Part shown: in pieces, positions 10,536 to 23,304 of the stretch
How the letters are laid out: each line of letters opens with the position of its first letter
Numbering within the stretch: the stretch's first letter is position 1
NCBI GenBank assembly: GCA_009103225.1
Contig: RHPI01002272.1
Location: forward strand, 126,417-190,416
Direction: 5' to 3'
Length of the DNA stretch: 64,000 bases
Source: Chlorokybus atmophyticus
Lineage: Eukaryota > Plantae > Mesostigma and Chlorokybus algae
Notes under the pieces: model-generated
Database searches by the model: none
Told to the model about the DNA's origin: nothing
The model's input: only the letters and a program-made list of their open reading frames with translations
Position numbers and translations under genes: made by a program

Positions 10536-12660
10536 GACTGCACGGAGCGCCTTGTTACGCCACCACCAGCGGCAGCGTGAAGCAGCAAAGCGCCAGGTTG
10601 AAGGGTGGTACCGTAAGGGTGTCCAACTGCGAGCCTGCAGTAAGTGGTTGACGCTGTCAAGCTGCTCACTAAGACTGCAAGCAGCACTGGCTTAGAAGCA
10701 TACCTGCAGAGGAAGCAGACTCTTCCGCCGCTGCTGCCAGCTGCCCGCTGCTTTTGAGGCAGCTGTCGCTCAAAGACAGGTGCTGACAGTCTGATGCTGC
10801 ACTGCCACTCTCCAGCCATACCCTCCCGCCAATCCTCCCGCCGCCGCTGCTCCAACCTCCCCCCCTTGACGCAGAGGGCCGCACACTGAAGGGGGGAATC
10901 GCAGAGCCTGTGTTGTATATCACAATTTGTCTGCTGCGCACACAATTGTGATATTGTCTTTATCTAGATTCTCGCTTACATGCCACTAGCGGCTAGTGGC
11001 ACGTAAGCGAGATTCTGGTCAATTCTGGGAGACAATGCATCAGTTACATTGATCAACTTCCTACCCGACAACATTCCATGAGCAATGTCTGCAGGAAGAG
11101 GAGGGGCGGCAGCAGTGAGCACCTCAGCGGTCAAGAATGGCTGACACCTGAGGCAAGTTCTCACGTGACAATGAGGTGGCTGAGGATGATGAGGATGAGA
11201 ATGTCAAGGCACTGCTTGCGGCCATGTTGCGGAAGCACTCGCAGCATCAGCTCACACCTGAACGAAGACGATGAGACAGGTGATGGTGATGCACAGGCAC
11301 CACAGTTCAGCGGCGCTGATACTCATGGCCTGACAGCCGACTGACTTCCGAGGTGAAAGGTGTAATGTGTGCAGATCATGCTGAGCCTGGGTTGCATAGC
11401 ATTAAGCCCTTCTGCAGCTAAGTAGCAACTTGGTGCTATGCAGCTGCAGCGACCACCTGATATGCCAGAAGATGATGCCACCCTGGTGTGTCAGGGTCAG
11501 CAACCAGGACGAGTACAGGTCAGTGGTTTGTGCTCAGGCATTTGTCATTGCTGCTTGTTACAGTAGTAGTCACCGCAGACAATAAGTGTGAATGGCATGT
11601 CCAGCAACAAAACAGAACTGCAGTGAGCACAGCATGTGACAGCTGTGGCTAATGGCTACACTTCTGTACCAACAACAACAGTGGAGACAATAAAGCCACC
11701 GTATCCTGCACACATGCTGACATATGGCCTTGCAGCGTGCGCACCAAGCAACGTGCAATGCAGTGTTGATCGCTACACTTCTACATATATATGAATTACC
11801 TAGTTTGATAGTTACTGTTGAACCTGCCACATACCTGCTAGGCCGCTAACACGGGGCCAGCTCGAGGGCGGCAACGCCGCCCACAGCGAACATGCAAACC
11901 ACTACCACCTATGTAAAGGACGTCCAGTATCACCTCTACAACACCAGCCGCACGACGTCCGGCCACTGCTACCGCCTACGCCAACAGGAGGTTAGACTGC
12001 TAGATATGGTTGTTACTCTTCAAGCTGGTAGACCCTTGGCTTTGCTCACCTGCTAGTGCCAGTATATGTCAAGCATTGCTGACCTGCGAATGGCTAGCTA
12101 GCTAACATGCTCTGGCATGTGTGCTCGCCGCAACCAGCGGCCGTACACTAAGTCGGACGACGAAAACCCACCTTGGTCCAGAGCGGAGAAGTCAGCTGGC
12201 TTCAGCTGCACTTTGCGTCCTGCCGCCTAACGCGCTTACCCGCTTCCAGCTTGTGTGAGGCGGCGGCGTCGCGTCCCCTCCGTCCCGCCGCTGCTCATGC
12301 GCTCGCTCTGGCCCATGCCGCCCGCTGCGTCCTCTAAGGCTGACGCGGAGCCAGGTACCGTGACAAGTGCCCAGATCACTGAACAAGTTTGAACGGAGTC
12401 GAACGTGGAAAGTATTATCAATGGGCTGGGGTTTTCCTGATTGCCTTTCATCAAGATACCGTAGTGCCACGAAATGTTCGTTAAATAAATAATTATGCAG
12501 GGGTACTTTATGAACTAAAAACCCCCCTGCTCGGCGGCAGCAGCTATGCAAATCCATTGCATATGCGTTGAAACGTATAGTTTTGCAGGGTTTTGACGAA
12601 ATCAAAATTACATATGTTTTCGGCGGTTGTCACGAATAATCTGTGTCACTACGGTAGTAT

Positions 12661-12836
12661 CATGACATGAAAGCACATCATGCTGACGTGACATGACAGG
12701 CTGTTATTGATAGCATCATGAAGGGCTCGTAAAACCCTACCATACGCCACATTTTTAACACCTGTATCGGCCTAGCACTGCTATCACAATACAAGCTGAC
12801 CATGTCATGTGCAGGAAAATATACTTTCATGTCATG
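12661..12836. repeat. Imperfect inverted repeat with arms of about 55 bp (MITE-like foldback)
   Basis: catgacatgaaag...tgacatg...gatagca (12661-12715) versus tgctatc...catgtca...ctttcatgtcatg (12779-12836); no TSD identified. Confidence 0.5.
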
Positions 12837-13916
12837 TCATGCCTGCATATGCATTGAGCGACTTAGGCCTAGTGCGGGGAGCCGCGGGCTCCATCTTGGG
12901 CCAGCATTCTGGCGCAAATTTGTGTACCTGATTCCTCGGCGGCACGGCATGGAGTGCGGTGAGGCGGTGGCGGGCGGCTGCAGTTGTCTCCGACGTCGGG
13001 GCTAAAAGGGCTCTCTCCGGGAGGTGGTCAGAAGCGCAAGCGTCAGCGCCATGCTGAGCGGGGCTGCTTAGCAAACGCCAACGGTGCAGCTGGAAGCTAC
13101 TAAACCGACCGTTTGACATAGATGGCTGCAAGCACCGCTTCAGCCTTTCGCAGGTGCTCTACAATGCCTTGCCATTGTTGACCGCCCTGCACACAGCTTG
13201 TCTAGCTGAATCAATGTTGCAGCTCGTGTACCATTATTTGTATTGCACGCAAGTAACGCAGGCTGACCAGCGCCTGTGTATGTTTGTGCATGCATGTTTC
13301 TACATATAAGGCCGCATACGTGCACACCCGCGCGCGCACTCATTCATACACGCACACCTTCACATGTATACAATTGAACACGCGTCTTGCAATCAGTCAG
13401 TATTTTAGCTCGTTGCGCGCAGCAGCAACTTACAGCAAGCCTGCTGTGATATGTGAGTATGTGCACTTCTGTTATCGACGTCCTTACTGTTACTGCGGGC
13501 AGTAACGATACTGTTTTTTGTCACAAGCGCACGGGGACGGGCTTCTAGTGTCCCTGTTAAACGTTATAGCATGTCAAAGCTTGCCACGCCAGGTGCGCAT
13601 GGTACACAGTGTAATACCCCTAGTCGACACCCTTGTACATTTTTCCGCAGCTCTACAACACTCGATTGGTGCTGACACGGCCATTGCTGAACTGAAACTT
13701 TGACAGGAGTTGGGCGCACTGCACCCATTATAAGGCTGGCCTGCACCGAGCTTGGTTTAGCAGAAGCGGAAGCGCTTCTTGCAATGGGCGGACTGGTATG
13801 CGGAAGGCTGCCTGCAGTGCTGACTGCGGGTGCATCCATTGTCACTGACAGTGGCTACTGGAACCACATTTTCGTCAACCGTGGTAGTGCTGCACAAGAC
13901 CTGAATTTGGCTGCTG

Positions 13917-15500
13917 CACACGGCTTGACATTCAAGGACCAGATATGGTCCGTCCACGGCCCCCGCGGACCATGTATAGGCCGGTCGGGGCCCCAAATCC
14001 TGGTGCGCAGTCGCGCACCAGACATGGTGCGCGGCTGGACCAGATATGTTTCTGGTCCCTTCTGCCGCGGAAGTTCAGACCATGCATGGTCCGCGGCCGG
14101 ACCAGGTTTGTCCCCGGTACGACTGTCAATCCGTGGTCTGGACTCAACAATGCCAGATCATATATGTTCCGCTGAACAAAATTAGTGTGGCTGGTTCGAA
14201 GCAGAATCATTGGGCGGACCATTGCTGGTGCACGCTCAGCTCATTGGTCATTTTAGACGAGCAGCACGCACCATACATGGTCTGCCGCCTTAACAGGCTC
14301 TTACTGGTCCACAATCTTGAAAAATTGCGGACCATTCATGGTTGGTTCCCCATGATTGCTGAACCATGCATGGTGCTAAGTTGGTTCGCTGTATAATAAA
14401 TTTGGGTGGACCATTGCTGACGCATGCTCAGCTCATGGACACTCGCACCATGCATGGTGTGATTGTCAAGTCTTTACTCAATGTACTAAACATTATCCAC
14501 CTCGATGTGCGTGTATCGATGGTCTTGAGGAACCCAGCCTCTGCGCAGATCTAGATAGTAGGTGCTTCATGTAAGAATAACACCATCGTCTGGCTCAGTT
14601 GGTGCGTGGCCCAGTCAGTGCCCTCTCCCTCTCCGCGTAGAGGGGTGCATCGTGCATGGTCTTTCTGCGAAACACCCTTGTACGTGGTTGAGGGAGAGAG
14701 CACTAACTGGGTCCGGCATCAGCTAACCCTCGTTTTTGGTTACCCCTCTTTTGTACGCTGCGACTGTCAAGCACAGCCATCGGATTGAGCCCAATGATAC
14801 GTGCATGGTGCGACTGTCAACACACGTGCATGGGCTCAAAATACCAAGCTGCAAGCTGTTCCTGGACCGATTGACTGCGAGGATACGGACCATGCATAAT
14901 AGGTCCTCCATTGCTGGGTTATGCATAGTTCTAGGTTGGTCCGTAGTAAAATTATTGGGCGGACCATCGCTGACGCACGCTCAGCTACTGGACAGTCGCA
15001 CCGTGCACGGTGCGACTGTCGCACTCTCAGCTCTTTGACAGTCGCACCGTGCTGTCGATGCTCACATGCGTGACCAACAATAATGAGTAAGGCGGACCAC
15101 TGCTGGCGCGTCGGATAAAAGAGGGTAGTTGTAGCTGATGAGTGACGTGCTGATTGGCCTCCATCAATCCACACCCTTCATGGCTGCTCGTGGAGTATAT
15201 GCACTGATGGGGGTCATGAGATGAACCTCGTCAATTCACAGCCTACACAACAACCATGAAGGGTGCACTGCCAGTGCCCATCAGCGACATTATTCTACAG
15301 CTATTTGTCATTGCGTTATGTTGCCTATCTTCAGGGACCGCATAAGGGATTTTGCGCAGAGGCTGGGCTAGAGGGCTTAGCCTCTTGTAACCGTTGATCC
15401 AAGCAAAGCGAACGGTGGGCAGTTACTCCATAGAGTCAAGCACCGTGCATGGTGCGACTGTCAACTCACGTGCATGGGCTCAAAATACCGTGGTCTGCGC
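13917..15500. repeat. Subterminal repeat array (GGACCA/TGGTCC and GGTGCGACTGTC motifs) with a 30-bp perfect palindrome at 14991-15020
   Basis: Block ggcggacca-t/c-gctg...gctcagct recurs near 14212, 14404, 14957 and 15090; gacagtcgcaccgtgcacggtgcgactgtc is self-complementary. Confidence 0.8.
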
Positions 15501-15619
15501 AGTAGGGTTTTAGCGGTCATTGAGTTGGCGGCGGCGCACTTGTTGGTGGCGCCGGCAGCGCTCTTGTTGGTGGCGGCGGCTGCCTCTTGCGGTGCCCTTG
15601 GTGGTGGAATGTTGGCGGA

Positions 15620-18600
15620 ATACCAATGGCAAGCAAGAAGGCTGTCAAGCTTGCCAGGGACATTAGTACTAAGCTGGGAATCAACTTGCAACCAGCCGAT
15701 AAGAGGAACACCAATCGTAGGCACCGCCGTCGCAGCCAACAAAGTTCCCTACCCTGGCCGGAGCAGGCGGCTAATCTCCAGCAAGATGCTGACAGCCCAC
15801 AGCCTGCCCATGAACTTGAGGCTACGCACGACCAGCTGGATGGCGAGATCAGCCAGCAGCATGAGCAGTAAGTTTGCTTGCTTACCTTACTTACTTCTCT
15901 GCAATGGTCACGCGGTCTACTGTGCATGCCACCTACTATTCTTGCTGTGACAGCCTTCACCATGCTAGGAGACTGTCAACAAACTGCGTGCACTAGCTGC
16001 CTTGCTGTGTATTGCTGTCAGTTGATGGTGCCAATGCATATGATCTAACTGCAGGATTTCTGTAGGCCTCCCGCAAATCAGCAGCCGACTGTCCATGTGG
16101 CCGGCATCACTACCAGTGGAGTGTCAGCCACACTTAACTTAAGGCAACAGTCAGGTAGACAGCCGACTGTCGATGTTGCCAGCACCAGCAGTGCCGCAAC
16201 AGCTCCACTGCAATTCCATGGACAGCCGACTGTTAACATGGCTGGCACCGGCAGTGCAGCAACAACCGCACTTCAACATCAGTCTGATCCACAGCCGACT
16301 GTCAACGTGGCCGGCACTAGCAGTGCTGCCCCCTCTCAGCATTCATGGCAACAATCAGACCTGCAAGAGACTGTTGACATGCCAACTGACGACTTGCATG
16401 CGCTGACTAGTGACGAGGAGGTTGTTGAACCCGAGTAGCAAGAAGTCTCCCAGAGGATTTGCTCTTGCCTGAGGTGCCATGGCAAGGTGAGCACTAATCA
16501 TGTTGCTCATGCTCACTCAACATAGCGCGCACGGTTGTGGGACATGCACTGAGGCTGTCCATGCAACTGTCATGTCCGCCCACTGCTATACGCGTTGTGA
16601 ACTATACTTCAGTCGTTGACAGCCCATTTCTTTTTGCAGTTCATTAACTTAGAGACTCCCATGGCCCACATGCGACTGGACACGGCGGCGCAAGAAAGTA
16701 TGCACCCACCGCCAATGCCTTCAGCACAATGCGATACCCCTCAACCAGGCATTTCTTACCAACAACAAACCTCAGAGACACCTACGCAAAAGATGCTGGA
16801 TAAGTTCATGTCACTACTGACAGACTTGGAGGACTCTCATGCCCAGCAATCACTGATCAATAAGGTGCATAAGATTGTTTTCGGCGCTGAGGATTCATTC
16901 GTTCAGCTTGCTAAGGATCCTGCTTATGACCGCAGTCAGCTGCGAAATGACCTCCACGCCTTGCTCGGCTAGCGCAACCCCTCTCAGCCGGCTAACATCA
17001 CGGCTGTCGATGCATTGCTGACTTTCATTGGAATGCCAGAGTCACAGAGATATACAGCATGCACGAGATGCAGTTATTTCTTTCCAGATGCTTAACTATC
17101 CGGCCATGATGACAGCGAGGACAGCTATGAGGCAGATGACAGTCGCCACAAGCTTATGAAGCGCTTGTGGAAACAGCCGTGCGGAGGCCAATGCGGGCGC
17201 ACGCGCAAGGATTGCATTGACTTTCTGTACACACCCATTGGTCCAAGGCTCGGTCCGTGGCTGCAAGTACCTTCTGTTGCATATAGCAACCTTGCTTGGT
17301 GATACAAAGACACATGGCTCGACGTGCCGATTGACCAGCCCCCAGCGCCTCAAAGGGAAGATTGGCATGGCAGCAAGTGGAGAGAGTTCTCTTCTTTTTG
17401 AGACTGCACGAAGACCATTCCTCTGCCAAACAAACGCGATTGTGGACGCTACAACTACGACATTGACATGCCCTAGCACAGGGATGGTTACTGGAAATGG
17501 CATTGCGAGTGCTCCTGTGACAATGAAGAGGCTGCACAACAGTGTACTGGAGACCCGCGCAACATTGTGCTCATGCTGCACAGTGATGGTTTCAGCTGCG
17601 CATCAACTACAAAGCGGAGCAGCCTTGTCATCAACGTTTTTGTACTCAACGGAGGCAAGCGCGTCAGCTCACAGGCGTCTTCCATCATGCTCGTGGTATT
17701 TGTCCCAGTTGACAAAGTACTCGACGCTGACAAGGACTGTCCGAACCCGTTTATAAAACCCATGCTGGATGAGTTGGAGGATTTGTACGCCATGGGCTTC
17801 CCCACACACTACGGTTTGGACTCCAGCCAGGTGGACAACAAGCTGCCACACCAATCAGCCGGTACGCTCGATGACTGTTCATCAGACCTCGTGCGCAATG
17901 CTGTGTCATGCATGTGACTGTCGATATCGCCTGTCATTCTTCAAATCGCATTGTGACGAATTGAAGAGTAAGCATAAATTCCATTGAGGGCTGTCAACAA
18001 CGACTGTCATTTATGAAAGCCATTGGTTGCCACCTGTTACGAATCTATTGAGGGCCTGTTTAAGAGACTGTCCACAACGACTGTCAACAGCAACTAGCTT
18101 TGTGCAGCTGTCCACTGTACAGGACAGTTCACGTTGACAATCGCCGTTGTATCCTGCGCGTAACTTCACACGCGCTGCGCACACACCATCAATGGGCCTT
18201 GATGCAACGGGTTTTTGCAGGTGAAAGAGTTTTCCTGAGAGCCATGGTCATGAACATTGCCGGTGATAATCCCGCTGAAAGCGAGATGGGGCAATTAAGG
18301 AATGGCGGCTTCTGCGGTTGCAGGGCTTGTTGCCTGCTGGCAACTCATATCCAGTACTCTATTGTCGCCCAAAAAGTCACTCAAGTCAAATCCCAGCACT
18401 GGCAGCGATGTTGTTGAAGAAACCCGAAGAAATAGGACTGTTTTCCACTACGCTAGCAGCCGCTACCACAGTTGCCATCCATTTGCTAAATGAACTGCAG
18501 AGGCCATGTACGCGCTAGCCTACAAAGTTGAGAGCATAGAAAATCCCACTCTCAAGAAAGAAAAGGCCAAGACGTATGGCGTCAACGGGCTGTCGCCTTT

Positions 18601-19033
18601 GTGGAGGCTTTGGCGGATGTACAAGTATGACCCATGCCAGGACATGGTCTTTAATACCATGCACACGCTAGCCAAAGGACTGGCCGAAAGCTTGACAGCC
18701 TGCACTCTGATGGATGGTGGGGACGAGCAGGTCAGCAAGGCTGAGATTGACAGTTGCCTAACTGTGATGAGAAACGCACGGCACAGGGAGTTGAGGCATG
18801 GTAACCGCTGGCCACACGGCCTCAGCAGTCGCCTTGGATGGTGGAAGGCGCAGGAGCACCTGCTCTTTGTGCAGTTTGCTGTGCCTTATGTTTTTCACAA
18901 GCTGCTAAGCGAAGAAAGGAGAGACCTCGTCATGTGCCTCCACATGATATTTCGCTTGTTCTTTGACATCTCATGCCGCTTGAGTTGGGGTTCCGGCCGT
19001 CTGGAGGTCGCTGATGCACTGCTCCGGTACTGA
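15620..19033 (+). pseudogene. Intron-containing CACTA Tnp2-family transposase, degenerate
   Basis: DALLTFIGMPESQRYTAC; WHGSKWREF; PRNIVLMLHSDGFS; PFIKPMLDELEDL; FLRAMVMNIAGDNPA...GFCGCRAC; DMVFNTMHTLAKG. Several in-frame TAG/TGA stops. The 5' boundary is approximate. Confidence 0.8.
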
Positions 19034-19043
19034 AAGGTGAACA

Positions 19044-19467
19044 TGTTGAAGGACTAGCATGCACATGTAGTTGAGGCAAGCATAGCCACACAGAGACAGA
19101 GCTACCGCCACCAGAGCATACACAAGTCACATCACATTCATCTATTACAAGTTGTCCGCTGGTTCTTATACCAGCCAGTTACACACACGTCTACGTTTGC
19201 AGAACTGCGTAAGCTATACTCAGCCTTTTGACGCGCTCTAAGCTGCGTTGTCTTCCTTACAACCAGAGCTTTCCAACAAGCTCTTACACGCCTAATATGA
19301 GTAAGAATACGCGGAGATACGAAGCAGTTAGTAAGGCTCGTGTCTGGAGTCCGTAGTCTGGTCCGACGACGCCATCTTGCTAAGTCCGGACCTAGTGCTC
19401 GTCCTTACGACCTTCTACTCCTGTGTGGAAGGTCGATGCTGATCGTATGTAGGAATGACTCTCAACA
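19044..19467 (-). repeat. Copia-1 3' LTR (424 bp)
   Basis: TGTTGA...TCAACA termini; homologous to five other LTR copies in the window. Confidence 0.95.
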
Positions 19468-19509
19468 CTCCCACGCGAGCAGCTTGACCTCCAACGCTTG
19501 CTCCTGTAG

Positions 19510-22500
19510 TCAAACACAAATGCCAAGTCCTGCGCGACAAGTCTTGAACTTGAGAGATGACAATGGCTTTGTCATGAAGTCCGCCAGCATGACCTCGGTG
19601 TTGCAGTACTGGAACTCCACCTCCTTCCTTGTGACTCTGTCACGCACAAAGTGATGCATGACATCAATGTGCTTCGTCCTTGCCGAGGCGATAGGGTGCT
19701 TCAACAACTTGATGGCTCCTTGGTTGCCACAGTTGATGACGATGCACGCCATAGGGTGCTCCAAGTCTGTCATGAGCTTGCGAAGCCACTGGCTTCGCTC
19801 TGGCAGAGTGCTTCCTTCACTGCTGCTGCCGCTGCCATTTACTCAGCCTCTGGTGTAGATGCTGCTGTTGTTGGCTGCAGCCTGCTGTTCCAGCTCACCA
19901 CACCTCCGTTCAGCTTGAAGACGTAGCCTGTAGTGGACCTCCTGTTGTTGAGGTCACCAGCAAAGTCCGAGTCGCAGTAGCCCTCCAACTCAGTGCTCCC
20001 GCTCCCAAACTTGATGCCAACTGTTGCGCTCCCAGCAACATCGCATAGTACTCCCTTTGCTGCTCTCCAGTGCTCCATGCTCGGTGCAGACACATGTAGC
20101 GAGCAAGTACTCCCACAGCATGTGCAACATCGGGACGTGTGTACATTGCCAGATAGAGCATGCTGCCTACCAGCTCACCATATGGATACTGAGCCTTATC
20201 GAGTACCTCTCAGCCTTGGCCTTCATGAGGGCAGTGCCAAGTGCCAACGGTGTGGTCTTGGTCTTCGCTTCAGTGAGCCCAAACTTGGTGACGAGTCTTC
20301 TCACCATCTGCTCCTGACTGATCTTGATTGTGCGTGCAGCCCTGTCGCGCTCAATCACCATGCCAAGAAACCACTTGGCCTCTCCAAGATTACGAACTGA
20401 GAATGCTTGCTGTAGAGCAAGTTTTGTCTCCTGCAGGTGGTGCACCTGCCAGGCGGTGATGATGATATCATCAACATACACGAGCAGCCAGACCTTGTTG
20501 TCTGCATGGATGAAGAGCCCAGGGTCTGCAGAGGATGCGGTGAAGCCAAGTGCCTCCAGCTCCTTGGTGAGCTTGATGTGCCACATACGCGGTGCCTGTC
20601 GCAGCCCGTACAGTGCCTTGATCAGCTTGCACGCTGTGCCTCTCTCCCCTTCTTCATATCCAGGTGGTTGCTCGATGAAGATCTCCTCCTCCAGCTCTCC
20701 GTAGAGGAAGGCAGTCTTCACATCCAGGTGATGCAGCTCTAGGTCTTCAGCAGCAACCATAGCTAGCAGTGCACGGAAGGTGGTATGCTTACTTGCAGGT
20801 GCAAACACTTCGTTAAAGTCCACACCTTCCTGCAGCAAGAAGCCCTTTGCCACCAGTTTTGCCTTGTAGCGCTCAATGTTGCCATGATCATCACGCTTCA
20901 CCTTCAAGACCCATTTCACTGGAATGGTCTTCACTCCTTGCGGTAACTGCTCCAGTGACCAAGTGTTGTTGGCATGGAGTGACGCAATCTCCTCGTCCAT
21001 AGCACGCTGCCATTGCTCCGCATCTGGTGCTAACAATGCCTCCTCGTAGGTGCTTGGCTCATTGTGCACACTGGCGACGTGTGCCTTGTGTAAGAAGTCA
21101 GGTGCCTTTCTCTCCCTCATTGGGTATCTCCGAGCTGCGTGCTCCTGCTGTTGGTACGGCTCCTCTTGGCCTGCTACAGCTGAGTCCTGCTCACCCTTGT
21201 TGTTGATGATGGCCTTGCCTGTAGCCTCCACTGTTTCAGGATGCTCCGGCTGTGCTTCATCTTCAGGAAAGAAGCCTGCTTCTGGTTGTGACAATCCCTC
21301 GTGGAAAACCACCTCTCTGCTCACAATGATCTTCTGAGTGTCCTTGAGCAAGATCCTGTAAGCCTTGGAACCCGGTTCATAGCCAACGAAGATGCCCTTC
21401 TTGCTGACCGGCTCCAGCTTGTGCCTGAGCTGTTTAGGCACCAGTGCATATGCTGTGCATCCAAACACACGCATACCACTCACATCTGGTGTGGCTCCAT
21501 AGAAGTGCTCCCACGGAGTCTTCTGCTCTGAGCTCACCGGAGACCTGTTGCGGATGTAGTTGGCAGTGAGTACCGCCTCCTTCCACATACTGTCTTCCAT
21601 CTTGGTGTCATTGAGCATTGCTCGAACCCGTTCCAGGAGTGTCTTGTTGAGGCGTTCAGCTGCTCCATTCTGCTGCGGTGTGTAGGGTGCAGTGGTCTCG
21701 TGGCGTATGCCCTTGCTGGCGAAGAACTCCTTCAACTCCTTGTTAATGTACTCCCCTCCTCGGTCACTCCTCATTGCCTTCATCTTGTTGCTAGACTGCT
21801 TCTCCAAGAAGGCCACAACTGTGCGCACAGCTCCAGCAACTTCTGACTTCAGCGTCAACGGAAAGATGATGGACAGCTTGCTGTAGTCGTCGAGGAATGT
21901 AGCAAAGTACCTGACCCCTCCCTTCGCCACAATGCGCATAGGGCCACAGACATCCATGTGCACAAGCTCGCAAGGATGCTGACTGCTAGAAGAGGATGAT
22001 GGGAATGGCATAGCATGCTGCTTTGCAACCAGGCATGGTTCACAAAGTGCACCTGATGCATTCTTGAGTTCTTCTGTGCTGAGATGGATGCCCTTGACTA
22101 TCTTCTCAGCGACAAGGCGAGTGAGCTTGACGTAGCTGAGATGCCCGAACCTCCGATGCCACAATGTTGGCGACTCCTTGTCCTTCACCACCATGGCTTG
22201 AATGTTAATGTCCTTAAGATGCTGCTCCACGTGGTAGAGCCCTCCCGGATCAGCGATTCCAACCATGTGCACGACCCCATCAAGGATGACTGTGCAGCCA
22301 CCCTTCCGAAATGGGATCTCCGCGCCTAAGCGCTCCGCAACCCTCACAGAGAATAGACTCGCAATAGCCTTAGGAACATGCAGGACGTTGCGTAACAACA
22401 CCTCGCGTAGTGTGTTACCAACCTTGCACTGGAGTCGTACGTTGCCAACTCCCTCAGCCACCAATACTTCGCCACCGAAGCCCGCCACCTTAATTGTGGA

Positions 22501-22632
22501 CGTCAGCTTCCTGTAGCCCTCCATCACCTCCTTGTTTGGTGTGAGATGACGATCGCAGCCAGAGGTCACCACCCAGAAAGCTGTGCCCGCCCTCGAACTG
22601 GATGCAGTGAAGGCGACATGTTTCTCCTTGTG
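19510..22632 (-). pseudogene. pol: Copia-1 pol (protease, integrase, RT, RNase H), frameshifted
   Basis: LWHRRFGHL, ELVHMDVCGP, RSDRGGEY, LDVKTAFLYG, YVDD, YCDSDFAG; indels near 20200, 20090 and 19789-19805. Confidence 0.95.
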
Positions 22633-23304
22633 TGTGACGGTGCTCGTGCCTTGCTACCTGTGAGTTGGTCCAATCCACAACCCTCTCACCAAGACACGGT
22701 ATTCACACCGGAACCTTGCCCCCTCTGCCAAGCACACACGCGCGCCCCGCCACTCGCGTACGCACGCGCATGCGCTCGAAGCTACACACCGACTCGTGTA
22801 GCGCCTTGGATCGTCACACAAGCAAGCACACACCGGTGGGCACACGCTAGCAACCCCTGCTAACCACCACCAAGCTTGCACACAAGAAACTAGGGAGCTA
22901 AAGGTTGTATTGCAAATTGTAGAATGTCACTTTTATACCTACCAGTCTGCACATGCTACTGTCTAGACGATTCTAGCGCTAGACGGAACTAGAAGCTAAG
23001 ATATTCTTGCAGAATCTTGTAGTACACTTCTAGACCTTTCCAACGCACCAAAGATCTCCTAATTTGCTGCTCATATGGTCAAGTTATACTACTTGGCGCC
23101 AGGCCCTTCCAGAAATCTGGTCGAGCCCTTCTCGACTGGCCCTCCGTTTTCTGGCACCTTCCGGACTGGTCTTGGGGCCCCGGTCGATATCCGCGGCAGA
23201 CTCATAACTCGCCGATATCCGCCACAAGTCATTAAAAACATGTACCTTACAAATAAGGCCTAAAACGGCCATGAAAATCACAGAATTTGGCCTTGACTGT
23301 TACA
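22633..23304 (-). repeat. Gypsy-1 3' LTR (672 bp)
   Basis: TG...CA termini; about 10 differences from the 5' LTR by hand count. Confidence 0.95.

Larger units (their letters stand above)
13917..19043 (+). mobile_element. CACTA/EnSpm-like element 1: left part, truncated by Copia-1
   Basis: Candidate terminus CACACGG at 13917, a subterminal repeat array, then a Tnp2-type transposase pseudogene. No right end found in the window. Confidence 0.7.

Noticed and set aside
11838-12775. hAT-like element defined by CTAGGCCG/CGGCCTAG
   Set aside because: Only 8 bp of inverted match and no flanking TSD.
19651-22516. Numerous short antisense or alternate-frame ORFs over retrotransposon pol genes (also 50101-51997 and 55721-59258)
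   Set aside because: Shadow ORFs repeated only because the Copia copies are homologous; no independent motifs.
23084-23281. Small ORFs in Gypsy-1 LTRs (also 28459-28656) as accessory genes
   Set aside because: Short, no recognisable domain, and duplicated only because they lie inside the LTR.
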